Below are positions 56,147 through 64,000 of a stretch of 64,000 nucleotides of DNA, piece by piece. Origin of the DNA: Patescibacteria group bacterium (GTDB lineage: Bacteria; Patescibacteriota; Minisyncoccia; 2-02-FULL-40-12; IGHO2-01-FULL-4-A). Both the position numbers and the translations under genes were made by a program. Below the pieces are notes generated by a model. It was not told the DNA's origin and did not search any database. It saw nothing but the letters and a program-made list of their open reading frames with translations. The stretch lies in NCBI GenBank assembly GCA_038064915.1, contig JBBTSB010000006.1, forward strand, positions 4,864 through 68,863, written 5' to 3'. The number at the start of each line of letters is the position of its first letter. Positions within the stretch are counted from its first letter, which is position 1.

Positions 56147-56611
56147 ATGAATACAAAAATTGTTTCGGCAGTGGTCGGTTTAGGGGTTTTCACAATCATT
56201 GGCGCTTTTAGTCTTAGTGCTTCGGCAGTCGGCAAGCCTACCGATGTTCCTCGTGGACCGAAGGTCACTCCGACACCCACGGCGCTGAATGTTGCTTGCA
56301 TTCAGGGGGCTATTGTGGAACGCGATAATGCGGTAATTGCATCAGTTACTACCTACCACACGGCAATCATCAATGCCCTTACAGCGCGTCGCGATGCTTT
56401 TAGTGCGGCATACGCGATCACTGATCGACAGGACCGCAAAAAAGCATTACGTGATGCGTTGAGCGACTTTAAAGATGCTCGCAGAGCGGCTTCAGAAACT
56501 TTTCGCAAGGCAAAAGATGCGGCGTGGAGTGAGTTTGCTAAAGACCGCAAAGCTTGTGGCGTTGGTCCTCAAGACGGCCAAGGGAATTCAAAACTCGACA
56601 GTGCAATTTAG
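56147..56611 (+). CDS. Hypothetical secreted protein
   Basis: Signal peptide MNTKIVSAVVGLGVFTIIGAFSLSASA. Confidence 0.4.
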   Translation: MNTKIVSAVVGLGVFTIIGAFSLSASAVGKPTDVPRGPKVTPTPTALNVACIQGAIVERDNAVIASVTTYHTAIINALTARRDAFSAAYAITDRQDRKKALRDALSDFKDARRAASETFRKAKDAAWSEFAKDRKACGVGPQDGQGNSKLDSAI

Positions 56612-56622
56612 TTTTCTCAAAT

Positions 56623-56650
56623 AAAAACCCCCTTTCGGGGGTTTTTATTT
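56623..56650. terminator. Bidirectional rho-independent terminator
   Basis: AAAAACCCCC-TTTC-GGGGGTTTTT lies between two convergent genes. Confidence 0.8.
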
Positions 56651-56663
56651 GGATATAATATAA

Positions 56664-58448
56664 TTAGTATCCTGTATTGTTGATCATATCGAACTGTCCT
56701 GCGAGCGTGAGGTAGTCGGCGCGAAGACCGGAATCTACCCAAGCTTCCGCCGCCGCAATAATATCATCAAGCTGTTCCATCGCTCCAAGTCCAAGCAATG
56801 CTTGTGCAGCTGGAGACACGGAATACCACGTGTCCATGTCCTTGCGTCCAGACATCACATCAAGTCGCGTGGAAATGTACTGTGCATAGAACTTGTTCTT
56901 GGCACATTGGGTTGTTGAGAATCCTTTTGAGCAGTTTTTGGTCGCATCATCAATGAGTTTGGTAAGAGAGGCACCCGTTGGAGTGTAACCAGACGGCATA
57001 AGCCAATTTGAGTCATTGTGAATCGTCAACAGCCAAGCTTGCAGGGTCGCTTGAGAGGTTGTCCTGGTGTGGTTTTTCCAGTTTCTCCAATAGCCCTGTG
57101 TTCCCTCGCGATCTTGGAGGTTAACGAAGTTGATACCAGTCATATTTTCACCGCTCATATCAACCACGACATCCTGGCAGAATGTTCCTGACTGTGGCTG
57201 CCATCCTGATTGAATCATTTCGCACACATGGTACGTTCCTGGACCAAGATCTTCAAACGTGTATCCCATGGAAGAGGTGGTGACCAATGAGTCTTCACCC
57301 GCATCCCATGTATCATTGTAAGGAGTTTCATCAATGAAGATCGTCCATGCGGAAAGGCTTGCGCCGTTTGCGTCAAGCTTAAATCCAGTGATGGACACGT
57401 TGTCAAAGTTCCCAAAGTCGACATCGTTTACAACATCGCCAAGTCCGATAGCAATAGGAGACGGATCAGTGGTTGTTTGCGTCCATCCGGTCATTTGGGT
57501 TTCACGGACATTGTAGGTTCCCATGTCCAAATCATCGAATTCATAACTTCCGCTAGCATCAGTCGAAGTTGACGCCATGAATACCATACCAGAATCATAG
57601 AGGTTGATGACCCAATCTTGTAGTCCTGGCTCTCCGGTGTCCCAGCCGCCGTCGCCGTTGATATCTTCAAACTTCATGCCATGGATTTCGCCAGGAATGT
57701 CGTCGTTGGTGACCGTGCAGGTTACATCATCACCTGGAGCTAGAGTTACATCTCCATTGCTGTCGCAGGCGCCACTGTAGCTAGCCATATAATCAGAATC
57801 TGCGTCTTCAGTAACGGTGTAGGTCCCATCTGCCAAAGAAAATTCTGTACCCGGAGCACTTTCACCGGCAAAGTCATTTCCGTCGACATGCAAGGTAAAA
57901 TCTCCAGGAACTGCAGTTCCGCCGTTGTCATTCACCACCACTTTTACCACATGCAAAGTAGCATTTGGGGTAGGAGTTGGCGTGACAGAAGGAGTTGGAG
58001 TCACTACCGGCGTTGCTGATGTTGAAGGTGTTGGCGTTGGTGAGCCTCCTTGGGGGCCAGCAACCTGATAATTGTCCGTCTTGCCGTTTACGTCGGCTTT
58101 ATACTCTCCTGAATCACCGGCGAGAACAGTATATGCGGCAAAACAAAACTTTCCTTGACTATCGGTGAGAATTGATCCAGAAGCCACCAAGGTATTGGGA
58201 TCGGACGAGCTTGGCAAACCAACTACTGACCAATCCAAGGTGGTATCACGAGCAAACCCAGTTCCCGTGATATAAACCACATCGCCTTCCACGTACTGAT
58301 TTTTATTGACCGGGCTTCCGCAACTGCCAGTACTTGTTTTAATGGATCCACCAGCTGCGTGTGCAAACTGCACTGCGCCGCCGACCATTTGTAATACTAC
58401 CGCTGCTATTATGATGCCCGCTGACCAGCTGCTTAAAACTTTCTTCAT
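56664..58448 (-). CDS. Secreted surface protein with SdrD/Cna B-type (prealbumin-fold) repeat domains; adhesin-like
   Basis: Signal peptide. PT-rich linker (SPTPTPSTSATPVVTPTPSVTPTPTP). B-repeat signatures DINGDGGWDTGEPGLQDWVINLYD...TDASGSYEFDDLDMGTYNV. Start taken at MKKVLSS. Confidence 0.55.
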   Translation of the reverse strand: MKKVLSSWSAGIIIAAVVLQMVGGAVQFAHAAGGSIKTSTGSCGSPVNKNQYVEGDVVYITGTGFARDTTLDWSVVGLPSSSDPNTLVASGSILTDSQGKFCFAAYTVLAGDSGEYKADVNGKTDNYQVAGPQGGSPTPTPSTSATPVVTPTPSVTPTPTPNATLHVVKVVVNDNGGTAVPGDFTLHVDGNDFAGESAPGTEFSLADGTYTVTEDADSDYMASYSGACDSNGDVTLAPGDDVTCTVTNDDIPGEIHGMKFEDINGDGGWDTGEPGLQDWVINLYDSGMVFMASTSTDASGSYEFDDLDMGTYNVRETQMTGWTQTTTDPSPIAIGLGDVVNDVDFGNFDNVSITGFKLDANGASLSAWTIFIDETPYNDTWDAGEDSLVTTSSMGYTFEDLGPGTYHVCEMIQSGWQPQSGTFCQDVVVDMSGENMTGINFVNLQDREGTQGYWRNWKNHTRTTSQATLQAWLLTIHNDSNWLMPSGYTPTGASLTKLIDDATKNCSKGFSTTQCAKNKFYAQYISTRLDVMSGRKDMDTWYSVSPAAQALLGLGAMEQLDDIIAAAEAWVDSGLRADYLTLAGQFDMINNTGY

Positions 58449-58774
58449 ATTTATTTTGAACGTGCAGAACAAAACCACTCACATAGTGAGATGGCAAGTA
58501 ACCGCCTTATTCAGTTAAATTAATTAAAAAAACCAATGTTCTATATAGGGTTAACGCATAACTCTACTAATTGTGACGTTCATTAGGGGAAAATGGTTTG
58601 CGGAGAAGTACTAGCCAAAGGAAATAAATTGGTATACGGATTCCAATTTGGGTTTTGAGAGTGCTTGTACCAGGCATAGCCTGCCAACACGGCAACACCA
58701 ATGACGAGCAAAATTACTTGCCAACCAGAAGGAGCGTGGCTTGATCCTTTATCATCTGCCATGTCGTCAGTATG

Positions 58775-59863
58775 CTACAGGATAGTTTTTGTTTCAAGGG
58801 GTGGATGTGTGGATACGGTTTCTATGCGAAACGTAGTCCTGCCGATGAGCTGTCCCCGTTGAGTTTCAATATTCACACGCCACAAACCTGGTGTCGCATT
58901 TGATTTGACTGAATATCCACGGTAGCCATTGTCACGACCGCCAACGATTTCAAACGCCACCCGATTCACCGTAATCCATGTATCCTCAACCTCATCATGA
59001 AATTGCCACTCATGTACGATGGTCGTTTTCAGGTCATTGGGCGCAAACACCGATCCTACGACGTACACGGGTTCACCAGATACCGCGTGGTAAACGTTTC
59101 TGCGTAAAAAACTATACCAATGTCGGACTTCACCTGTAACAACGTAGTCGCTCCCGGTTCTGGAAAGGCTATGGTACACGCCGGCCTCTTTGAGGGCCAA
59201 AGGTATGGGGGGTATGATGTTTGTGAAATAAAGAATATTCAGGAGGAGGTAGATACCGCCGATGCTTGCCATGATCTTTTTTCGGGAATTGTAGATAGCC
59301 TTAGGAAGAAGGTAGCGGAGGAGGTGGAGAAAACCCCACAGTACCACCAGACTGACCAGACCGCTCATGAAAAAAATCTCATCGCCAATTTCACGAAGGA
59401 ATATGGGAATGTAGAGAGCCGCAAATGAGAAAAGGATGAAAAAGTAAATGGTAATGCGAAAGATCAAGATCGCATAGCGAGCCTTGAAGATTTCGTTCCC
59501 GATCAAGAGTCCTGCGAGCACAAGAAAAAATGGCCAGCTGGACGCAAATGATCCGCTTCGCGTATAGAAAATGAAAAATGCGCTGAATAATCCTCCAAAA
59601 GCAAACTGGAGCGTGAGCATCAGCCAAAAGTGCCAATCTTCGTGGGTCTCTCCCCGCTCTCGACGACGATCCAGAACGCTCAAACCAACTATGCAAAGAC
59701 CGGCAAGAATGACGTAGGACGTAAGAACCAGCATGTCATAGAGCTGATCTACTCGTCGCAATGTGAGATTGTCGAACACAAACCCAGTCAAAAGCGTGAT
59801 CGACGAAATATGACGTTCGTAGCGCTCCCATTTTGCTTTAATTGTATGTACGAGCTCCCTCAC
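58775..59863 (-). CDS. Hypothetical polytopic membrane protein with a C-terminal extracytoplasmic domain
   Basis: 362 aa with at least six TM helices in the N-terminal two-thirds. Confidence 0.4.
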   Translation of the reverse strand: MRELVHTIKAKWERYERHISSITLLTGFVFDNLTLRRVDQLYDMLVLTSYVILAGLCIVGLSVLDRRRERGETHEDWHFWLMLTLQFAFGGLFSAFFIFYTRSGSFASSWPFFLVLAGLLIGNEIFKARYAILIFRITIYFFILFSFAALYIPIFLREIGDEIFFMSGLVSLVVLWGFLHLLRYLLPKAIYNSRKKIMASIGGIYLLLNILYFTNIIPPIPLALKEAGVYHSLSRTGSDYVVTGEVRHWYSFLRRNVYHAVSGEPVYVVGSVFAPNDLKTTIVHEWQFHDEVEDTWITVNRVAFEIVGGRDNGYRGYSVKSNATPGLWRVNIETQRGQLIGRTTFRIETVSTHPPLETKTIL

Positions 59864-59867
59864 GGTG

Positions 59868-59940
59868 GGTGAGCGATGGGATTCGAACCCACAACCCTCG
59901 GGACCACAACCCGATGCTCTGCCATTGAGCTACGCCCACC
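59868..59940 (-). tRNA. tRNA-His (anticodon GTG) with genome-encoded G-1
   Basis: Read on the minus strand: acceptor GTGGGCG/CGCTCAC, extra 5' G pairing with discriminator C, D-arm GCTC AATGGCA GAGC, anticodon stem TCGGG/CCCGA with loop TTGTGGT, T-arm GTGGG TTCGAAT CCCAT. Confidence 0.85.
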
Positions 59941-59960
59941 ATATTCGGATGCGCCATTCG

Positions 59961-60656
59961 CTAAGCATATCCACTAAATTCCTCGGTTCTTATATTATCC
60001 TCGTCTACACCCTTTTCGTCAAGGATTCTACGCATGGCGAAGACAAATCCCGGTGGGCCGGCAAGATAGTATCGCACCGAGAGCAAATCACCCAAATGAC
60101 GCGTAAGCATACGTCCGTCCACGCGGCCGCGCTCGTAAGGCCATAAAGTGGAAACTTTGTCGGTGATGGTGGGAATAAGAGCAAAGCGGGAATTTTCTGC
60201 GGCGATATGTTCTAGTTCTTTCAAAAAAGGTGCGGAAGCAATGGTGGTATTAGAGTAAAAAAGATACAATCGATGAGGAAAGTTTTCGCGCGTCGCCGAT
60301 GAGACTATGCTAAGAAAAGGGGTAATACCAATTCCTCCCGCAAGCATTGCAATGCGCTGGGTAAATTTTTTGGGAAGCACAAAGTCTCCGCTGGGACCTT
60401 GGATTCGCACCTTCTCCCCTTTTGTCAAACGACCAAGTTCTTTCTTAAATTCTGAATTCCGCATTCGTGTTGCAATGCGAATGACTGGTTCGTGTGGTGC
60501 GGAAGCGATGGAAAACGTGTAGACCCTCGTTCCCAGGGTCACATCAACCGTTTGTCCGGCAATAAAATCAAACTTGGCTGGTTTTTCAAACTCAAACGCC
60601 ATCGTGTCTTGTGCGATTTCACGCTTAGTTTTTAGTGGCGTTATGAAGCCATTCAT
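59961..60656 (-). CDS. FAD/NAD(P)-binding oxidoreductase (ferredoxin-NADP reductase-like fold)
   Basis: FAD-binding beta-barrel segment, then the NAD-binding motif MLAGGIGITP. Confidence 0.6.
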   Translation of the reverse strand: MNGFITPLKTKREIAQDTMAFEFEKPAKFDFIAGQTVDVTLGTRVYTFSIASAPHEPVIRIATRMRNSEFKKELGRLTKGEKVRIQGPSGDFVLPKKFTQRIAMLAGGIGITPFLSIVSSATRENFPHRLYLFYSNTTIASAPFLKELEHIAAENSRFALIPTITDKVSTLWPYERGRVDGRMLTRHLGDLLSVRYYLAGPPGFVFAMRRILDEKGVDEDNIRTEEFSGYA

Positions 60657-60676
60657 GCTACCATCATGACGTATTT

Positions 60677-60748
60677 GCCCCTGTAGTTCAATGGATAGAA
60701 CAGGAGACTTCTAAGCTCTTAATAGAGGTTCGATTCCTCTCGGGGGCA
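60677..60748 (+). tRNA. tRNA-Arg (anticodon TCT)
   Basis: Acceptor GCCCCTG/CGGGGGC, D-arm GTTC AATGGATA GAAC, anticodon loop CTTCTAA, T-arm AGAGG TTCGATT CCTCT. Confidence 0.75.
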
Positions 60749-60752
60749 CATG

Positions 60753-60823
60753 CGGGCTGTAGTGTAACGGTAGCACGAGACGTTTGGGACGTTTTAGTCC
60801 GAGTTCGAATCTCGGCAGCCCGA
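60753..60823 (+). tRNA. tRNA-Pro (anticodon TGG), C1-G72 acceptor
   Basis: Acceptor CGGGCTG/CAGCCCG, anticodon stem AGACG/CGTTT with loop TTTGGGA, T-arm CCGAG TTCGAAT CTCGG. Its 3' end overlaps the left inverted repeat by 3 nt. Confidence 0.8.
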
Positions 60824-62347
60824 CAAAAAGCAACGTTCGGAAAAATCAGGCTCCGCACTCCGCCGCGCCGAAGGCGCGAATGGAATGGTGGGGGTGAATC
60901 CGGCGAGACTGGAAGCCAAAAATTGAAAGGGTGGGGTGAGAGTCTGGGAGAGGGAGCGGTCGGTAAGTTTTGGGTTCGTTCCGAGTTTTGGCAAAAGTTG
61001 CCTCATCTCGTGATAATTTTCGGAGGAAGCCAGGAAACTGGCTTTTTTCGTGTCCAAAATGAATTGTCTGACGGGTTCGAGCGGATTTGCGGTTGTTTGT
61101 CCATGATCTTGTTTTTGGTCGGCAAGGGAAACTTTCTGTTTCAGCAGCTCTTCCTTTTTAGCAAGATAACTTTCCTTGGGAATATCACCGTCAATATATG
61201 CGCTAACTAATTTATCCAGTTTCTCTTGCGTCTCATGTTGTTTCGCTTTGATGTCTCGGACGAACGACTGTGATGAGTGGACTGATTCCTTTTCTTCCTT
61301 ATCTACTTCCTTGAGCATCCAATCAGTCCACTCATCGGGGAGCGCGATAGATTGAAGCCGTGCCTTAATTTGGAGGACAAGATCTTTTTCTTGGAGGTAC
61401 TTTTGATTACAGAGGCCGCGCTTCTTGGTGCATCGGTAATACCGATAGATACCGCCATGAGCACCCTTTGCCCATTGAGCGGTGATTGGAGAATTACATT
61501 CACCACAGGTCATCATCCCGATAAAGGGAAAGTCATGGCGAATCTTTGATTTGCGCGGCCGGGATCTATCCTTCAATATATCTTGCACGGCTTCAAAAGT
61601 TGTATGATCGAGAATCGGCGGAAACTTTCCTTCGTAGTATTCACCTTTATGAGCGATCAACCCAAGGTACGCTTTGTTCGAGAGCATAATCCTCACATTC
61701 GCTTTTGCAAGTGGCGTTCGGTGTCTAGCCTCAATACCGTAGCCCGCCAAAAACTCTCCCATTGATTCGAGAGTGTACTTTCCGGTCGCATATTCCTTAA
61801 AAGCGCGAAGGATAATTTTGGATAGTGTCGGATGTGGATCAATCGTTCGCGTCTTTGGATTGTTCACGTAGCCAAAGGGGGCTTTGGTGAGCCATTCTCC
61901 GCGACGGAGTTTTTGGCGGATACCACGCTTTACGTTTTCAGAAAGATTATCTGAATAATATTTGGATTGACCGAACGCCACTTGGAGCATGAACAATCCT
62001 TGGGGTGTAGGTTCGAACCAAAATGTCGGAAATCGCAAAGAAACTATCTTGGTGGTATCTATGGCGTAGATGACTTGCCCACCATCAACGGAGTTACGAG
62101 CTAACCTATCTGGATGCCAAGCGAGCAAGCCGACAGGTTCACTTGATGAGGCAACTTTTGCCATCATTTGATTAAAGATTTCTCTGCCTGGTTTCTTTGC
62201 GCTTTTCGACTCGATGAAAGTCTCGGCAATCAAAATATTTTCTCTCTTCGCGTATTCAGTGAGTTCAGCAAGTTGAGCTTCAATACTCATTACTTGCCGT
62301 TCCTCATCTTCCGTAGATTTACGAGCGTAGAGAAAATATTTTGTCAT
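60794..62347 (-). CDS. Large serine recombinase (resolvase/invertase catalytic domain, recombinase domain, zinc ribbon, coiled coil)
   Basis: N-terminus YARKSTEDEERQVMSIEAQ (catalytic Ser region). DRLARN. Zn ribbon CGECNSP...YYRCTKK..C. The C-terminal 57 or so codons lie inside the left inverted repeat. The ORF reads through into the tRNA-Pro 3' end. Confidence 0.8.
   Translation of the reverse strand: MTKYFLYARKSTEDEERQVMSIEAQLAELTEYAKRENILIAETFIESKSAKKPGREIFNQMMAKVASSSEPVGLLAWHPDRLARNSVDGGQVIYAIDTTKIVSLRFPTFWFEPTPQGLFMLQVAFGQSKYYSDNLSENVKRGIRQKLRRGEWLTKAPFGYVNNPKTRTIDPHPTLSKIILRAFKEYATGKYTLESMGEFLAGYGIEARHRTPLAKANVRIMLSNKAYLGLIAHKGEYYEGKFPPILDHTTFEAVQDILKDRSRPRKSKIRHDFPFIGMMTCGECNSPITAQWAKGAHGGIYRYYRCTKKRGLCNQKYLQEKDLVLQIKARLQSIALPDEWTDWMLKEVDKEEKESVHSSQSFVRDIKAKQHETQEKLDKLVSAYIDGDIPKESYLAKKEELLKQKVSLADQKQDHGQTTANPLEPVRQFILDTKKASFLASSENYHEMRQLLPKLGTNPKLTDRSLSQTLTPPFQFLASSLAGFTPTIPFAPSARRSAEPDFSERCFLSGCRDSNSD
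60821..60965. repeat. Left copy of a 145-bp inverted repeat
   Basis: Reverse complement of 62361..62505 with about 95% identity (differences are confined to two short patches). Confidence 0.85.
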
Positions 62348-62360
62348 ACTTTTTTTGTAT

Positions 62361-62505
62361 TACCGACCGCTCCCTCTCCCTGCGATTCACCCCACCCTTT
62401 GAATTTTTGGCTTCCAGTCTCGCCGGATTCACCCCCACCATTCCATTCGCGCCTTCGGCGCGGCGGAGTGCGGAGCCTGATTTTTCCGAACGTTGCTTTT
62501 TGTCG
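62361..62505. repeat. Right copy of a 145-bp inverted repeat
   Basis: See 60821..60965. Encodes a duplicate C-terminal peptide ..FLASSLAGFTPTIPFAPSARRSAEPDFSERCFLS in a spurious plus-strand ORF. Confidence 0.85.
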
Positions 62506-62580
62506 AAAATCTTAAACTTTGTTCGAACTTATCATTCCCCTGATCGTAGCAAAAAACCGTAGAAAAAGGAAACCTAAAAT

Positions 62581-62800
62581 GGTGCGTCCGCCCGTGCGCT
62601 TGCTCGTAGCTCGCGCACGCAGGCCGGAGCGGTTGTATCCGTCTGTTAATGCGCGCGGTGATCTGATTATGGATTGATCCCACCGCTCTGGCCTGCATCG
62701 AGTCTGACTCGATGGGCGGATGCTCTGTTGATGCTCGCTTCGGGCATGGCGGAATTCCACACACACCTTCCGCCATGCCCTCGAGCGAGGGGAGGGGCGT
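62581..62800. ncRNA. Candidate structured RNA / structured GC-rich element (identity unknown)
   Basis: Nested helices: GCGTCCGCCC pairs with GGGCGGATGC; hairpin GTGCGC...GCGCAC; GCAGGCCGGAGCGG pairs with CCGCTCTGGCCTGC; hairpin CATCGAGT-ctg-ACTCGATG; 13-bp helix GGGCATGGCGGAA / TTCCGCCATGCCC extended by CTCGC/GCGAG. Several G-U-compensated pairs. Confidence 0.3.
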
Positions 62801-62853
62801 AAGTTTCAGAAAGCTCTGGAAAGAACACGATTTTAAGAGTAAGCTATACGCAT

Positions 62854-63201
62854 ATGGATAGTAGACTTTCTAAATATACGCTTGACGAGCTCGCAGAAAG
62901 AGTTGAAGGAGGCGGAGATAGTAGCGCTCAAAAAGCCGAACCAATTTTGATTGCCAAAGCCCTTGTTGAGTTACAGCAATCTATTACAACGCTTCAAAAG
63001 CAAATACCTCAAACAGGATCAGAAATCCGAAGCACTATTGGAAGAGTGAGTGAAGAATTATCGGAGACTGTTCGGGGACTCCGAACCGAGATGCAAGCAT
63101 ATTCCGCTTCGAACGATAAGTACGCAACCGCAATGAAGTGGTTGACTGTTGGGTTAGTGGTTGTTGGAGTTGGTCAGGTTATTGTTACGCTTATAAAATA
63201 A
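62854..63201 (+). CDS. Hypothetical coiled-coil protein with a C-terminal TM anchor
   Basis: 115 aa, ending in WLTVGLVVVGVGQVIVTLIK. Confidence 0.35.
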   Translation: MDSRLSKYTLDELAERVEGGGDSSAQKAEPILIAKALVELQQSITTLQKQIPQTGSEIRSTIGRVSEELSETVRGLRTEMQAYSASNDKYATAMKWLTVGLVVVGVGQVIVTLIK

Positions 63202-63206
63202 ATAAG

Positions 63207-63596
63207 ATGCTTGAGCACAAAACTAATAAAGAGAACATCCGTAAATACCTTCGTTGCTTAGAGAGATCGGATTATGAGAATTTGATAGGTCTATTTGCAT
63301 CAAGTGCTATTATCCATTCTCCTTTATATGGAGAAGTTGAAGCAAAAAATTTTTATAAGGATCTATTTAAGGATACAACAAAATCCACCATATCTCTGAA
63401 AGATATTTTTATGAATGAGGATGAGTCCAAAGGAGCGGTAAACTTTCTTTACGATTGGGTTTTAGCGGACGGATCACGAGTCTCTTTTAATTGCGTAGAT
63501 ATTTTCAAATTTAGTTCAGAAGGGAAAATAAAAGAATTAACAATTATCTATGACACTTCGCAAACTCGCCCGAAATTTGATAAAATGAAGTCATGA
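63207..63596 (+). CDS. SnoaL/NTF2-like fold protein
   Basis: 129 aa from MLEHKTNKENIRKYLRCLERSDYENLIGLFASSAIIHSP... (typical N-terminus of ketosteroid-isomerase/SnoaL-like proteins). Composition is AT-rich. Confidence 0.4.
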   Translation: MLEHKTNKENIRKYLRCLERSDYENLIGLFASSAIIHSPLYGEVEAKNFYKDLFKDTTKSTISLKDIFMNEDESKGAVNFLYDWVLADGSRVSFNCVDIFKFSSEGKIKELTIIYDTSQTRPKFDKMKS

Positions 63597-63766
63597 AATG
63601 AGGAGAAAACAGACTTGACTTATTTATTAGAAAGTGATAGTCTTATTTTGTCAAACATTATGAATTCTACCAACCTACAATCAAGCTCATATTACTACTA
63701 TTATTCAACCTCCTCGAGGCTAGTTTTACGGCGTTGAAATAATAGGAATACTCATTTCAAAATCTC

Positions 63767-63797
63767 AAACTGGTCTTAGAGGGGACCAGTTTTTTGT
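63767..63797 (+). terminator. Rho-independent terminator
   Basis: ACTGGTC-ttagaggg-GACCAGT followed by TTTTTT. Confidence 0.75.
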
Positions 63798-63830
63798 TCT
63801 TTCACACCCACCCTCACGAGAGGAGTAACC

Positions 63831-64000
63831 ATGCCATCGGCAAGCAGCTTCAAGTCCGTCAAGGGTCTTCTCAATAAGCTCCGGGATGAAGTGTGCCCGA
63901 GCTCTCCCAAGAAAAAGGGAAAGCACGAGTTCAATACGACGGGATGCCAAGGTTCCTGGCATCACAACGATCAGGGCGGCCCGATCTACAGCCACCAGTC
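63831..64000 (+). CDS. Hypothetical protein, 3'-truncated by the window edge; GC-rich with a canonical RBS
   Basis: GAGAGGAGTAACC then ATG. Translates as MPSASSFKSVKGLLNKLRDEVCPSSPKKKGKHEF... The overlapping minus-strand ORF 63765..63995 has no RBS. Confidence 0.3.
   Translation, partial: MPSASSFKSVKGLLNKLRDEVCPSSPKKKGKHEFNTTGCQGSWHHNDQGGPIYSHQ

Larger units (their letters stand above)
60821..62505 (-). mobile_element. Serine-recombinase module bounded by 145-bp inverted repeats, inserted immediately 3' of tRNA-Pro (invertible segment or integrative element)
   Basis: A single recombinase gene exactly bracketed by the inverted repeats. A tRNA 3' end is a classic integration site. The flanks are GC-rich. 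Confidence 0.5.

Noticed and set aside
62581-62800. tmRNA, RNase P RNA or SRP RNA identity for the structured GC-rich segment
   Set aside because: The hallmark conserved strands are absent: the tmRNA T-arm/CCA end and tag reading frame, the RNase P P4 GGAAAGUCC / CCCGGCUUA strands, and the SRP domain IV GGAAG..CAGCC.
63765-63995. 76-aa minus-strand ORF at the window end
   Set aside because: No RBS. It overlaps a plus-strand ORF that has a canonical GAGGAG site directly after a strong terminator, so the plus-strand partial CDS is preferred, with low confidence.

Overview
This window reads as a reduced-genome bacterium, most likely a CPR/Patescibacteria-type organism. Genes are short and tightly packed, many lack a Shine-Dalgarno sequence, and rpoA, alaS, priA and hrcA are shortened. 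Housekeeping content: rplJ-rplL; the dcw cluster mraZ-rsmH-ftsL-ftsI-murF; rplU; recR-dnaB-cysS; a CIRCE-controlled hrcA-grpE-dnaK-dnaJ operon; efp; a metal ABC transporter; fmt-def; gltX; rpmA/rplI; a cell-envelope glycosyltransferase/O-antigen cluster with mreB and murA; the rpsI-rplM-rplQ-rpoA-rpsD-rpsK-rpsM-rpmJ-infA block; alaS; rdgB; and five tRNAs (Val, Glu, His, Arg, Pro). Accessory signals found by eye: (1) a large serine recombinase gene bracketed by near-identical 145-bp inverted repeats directly abutting tRNA-Pro, i.e. an inverton- or integrative-element-like module; (2) a family of GC-rich palindromic hairpin elements, two of them inserted in-frame in coding genes (priA and a GT4 glycosyltransferase, in the manner of Rickettsia palindromic elements), and one sitting exactly where the PriA ATPase lobe is missing; (3) several small GC-rich islands carrying short ORFs with canonical AAGGAGG ribosome-binding sites, which look foreign; (4) a winged-helix/Cas2-like gene flanked by two copies of a 36-bp nested-palindrome repeat; (5) a 518-aa cysteine-rich protein built from internal duplications; (6) a GC-rich stretch predicted to be highly structured, possibly an ncRNA. 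No rRNA genes and no CRISPR array were seen. All calls rest on reading the sequence and motif recall; no database searches were run.
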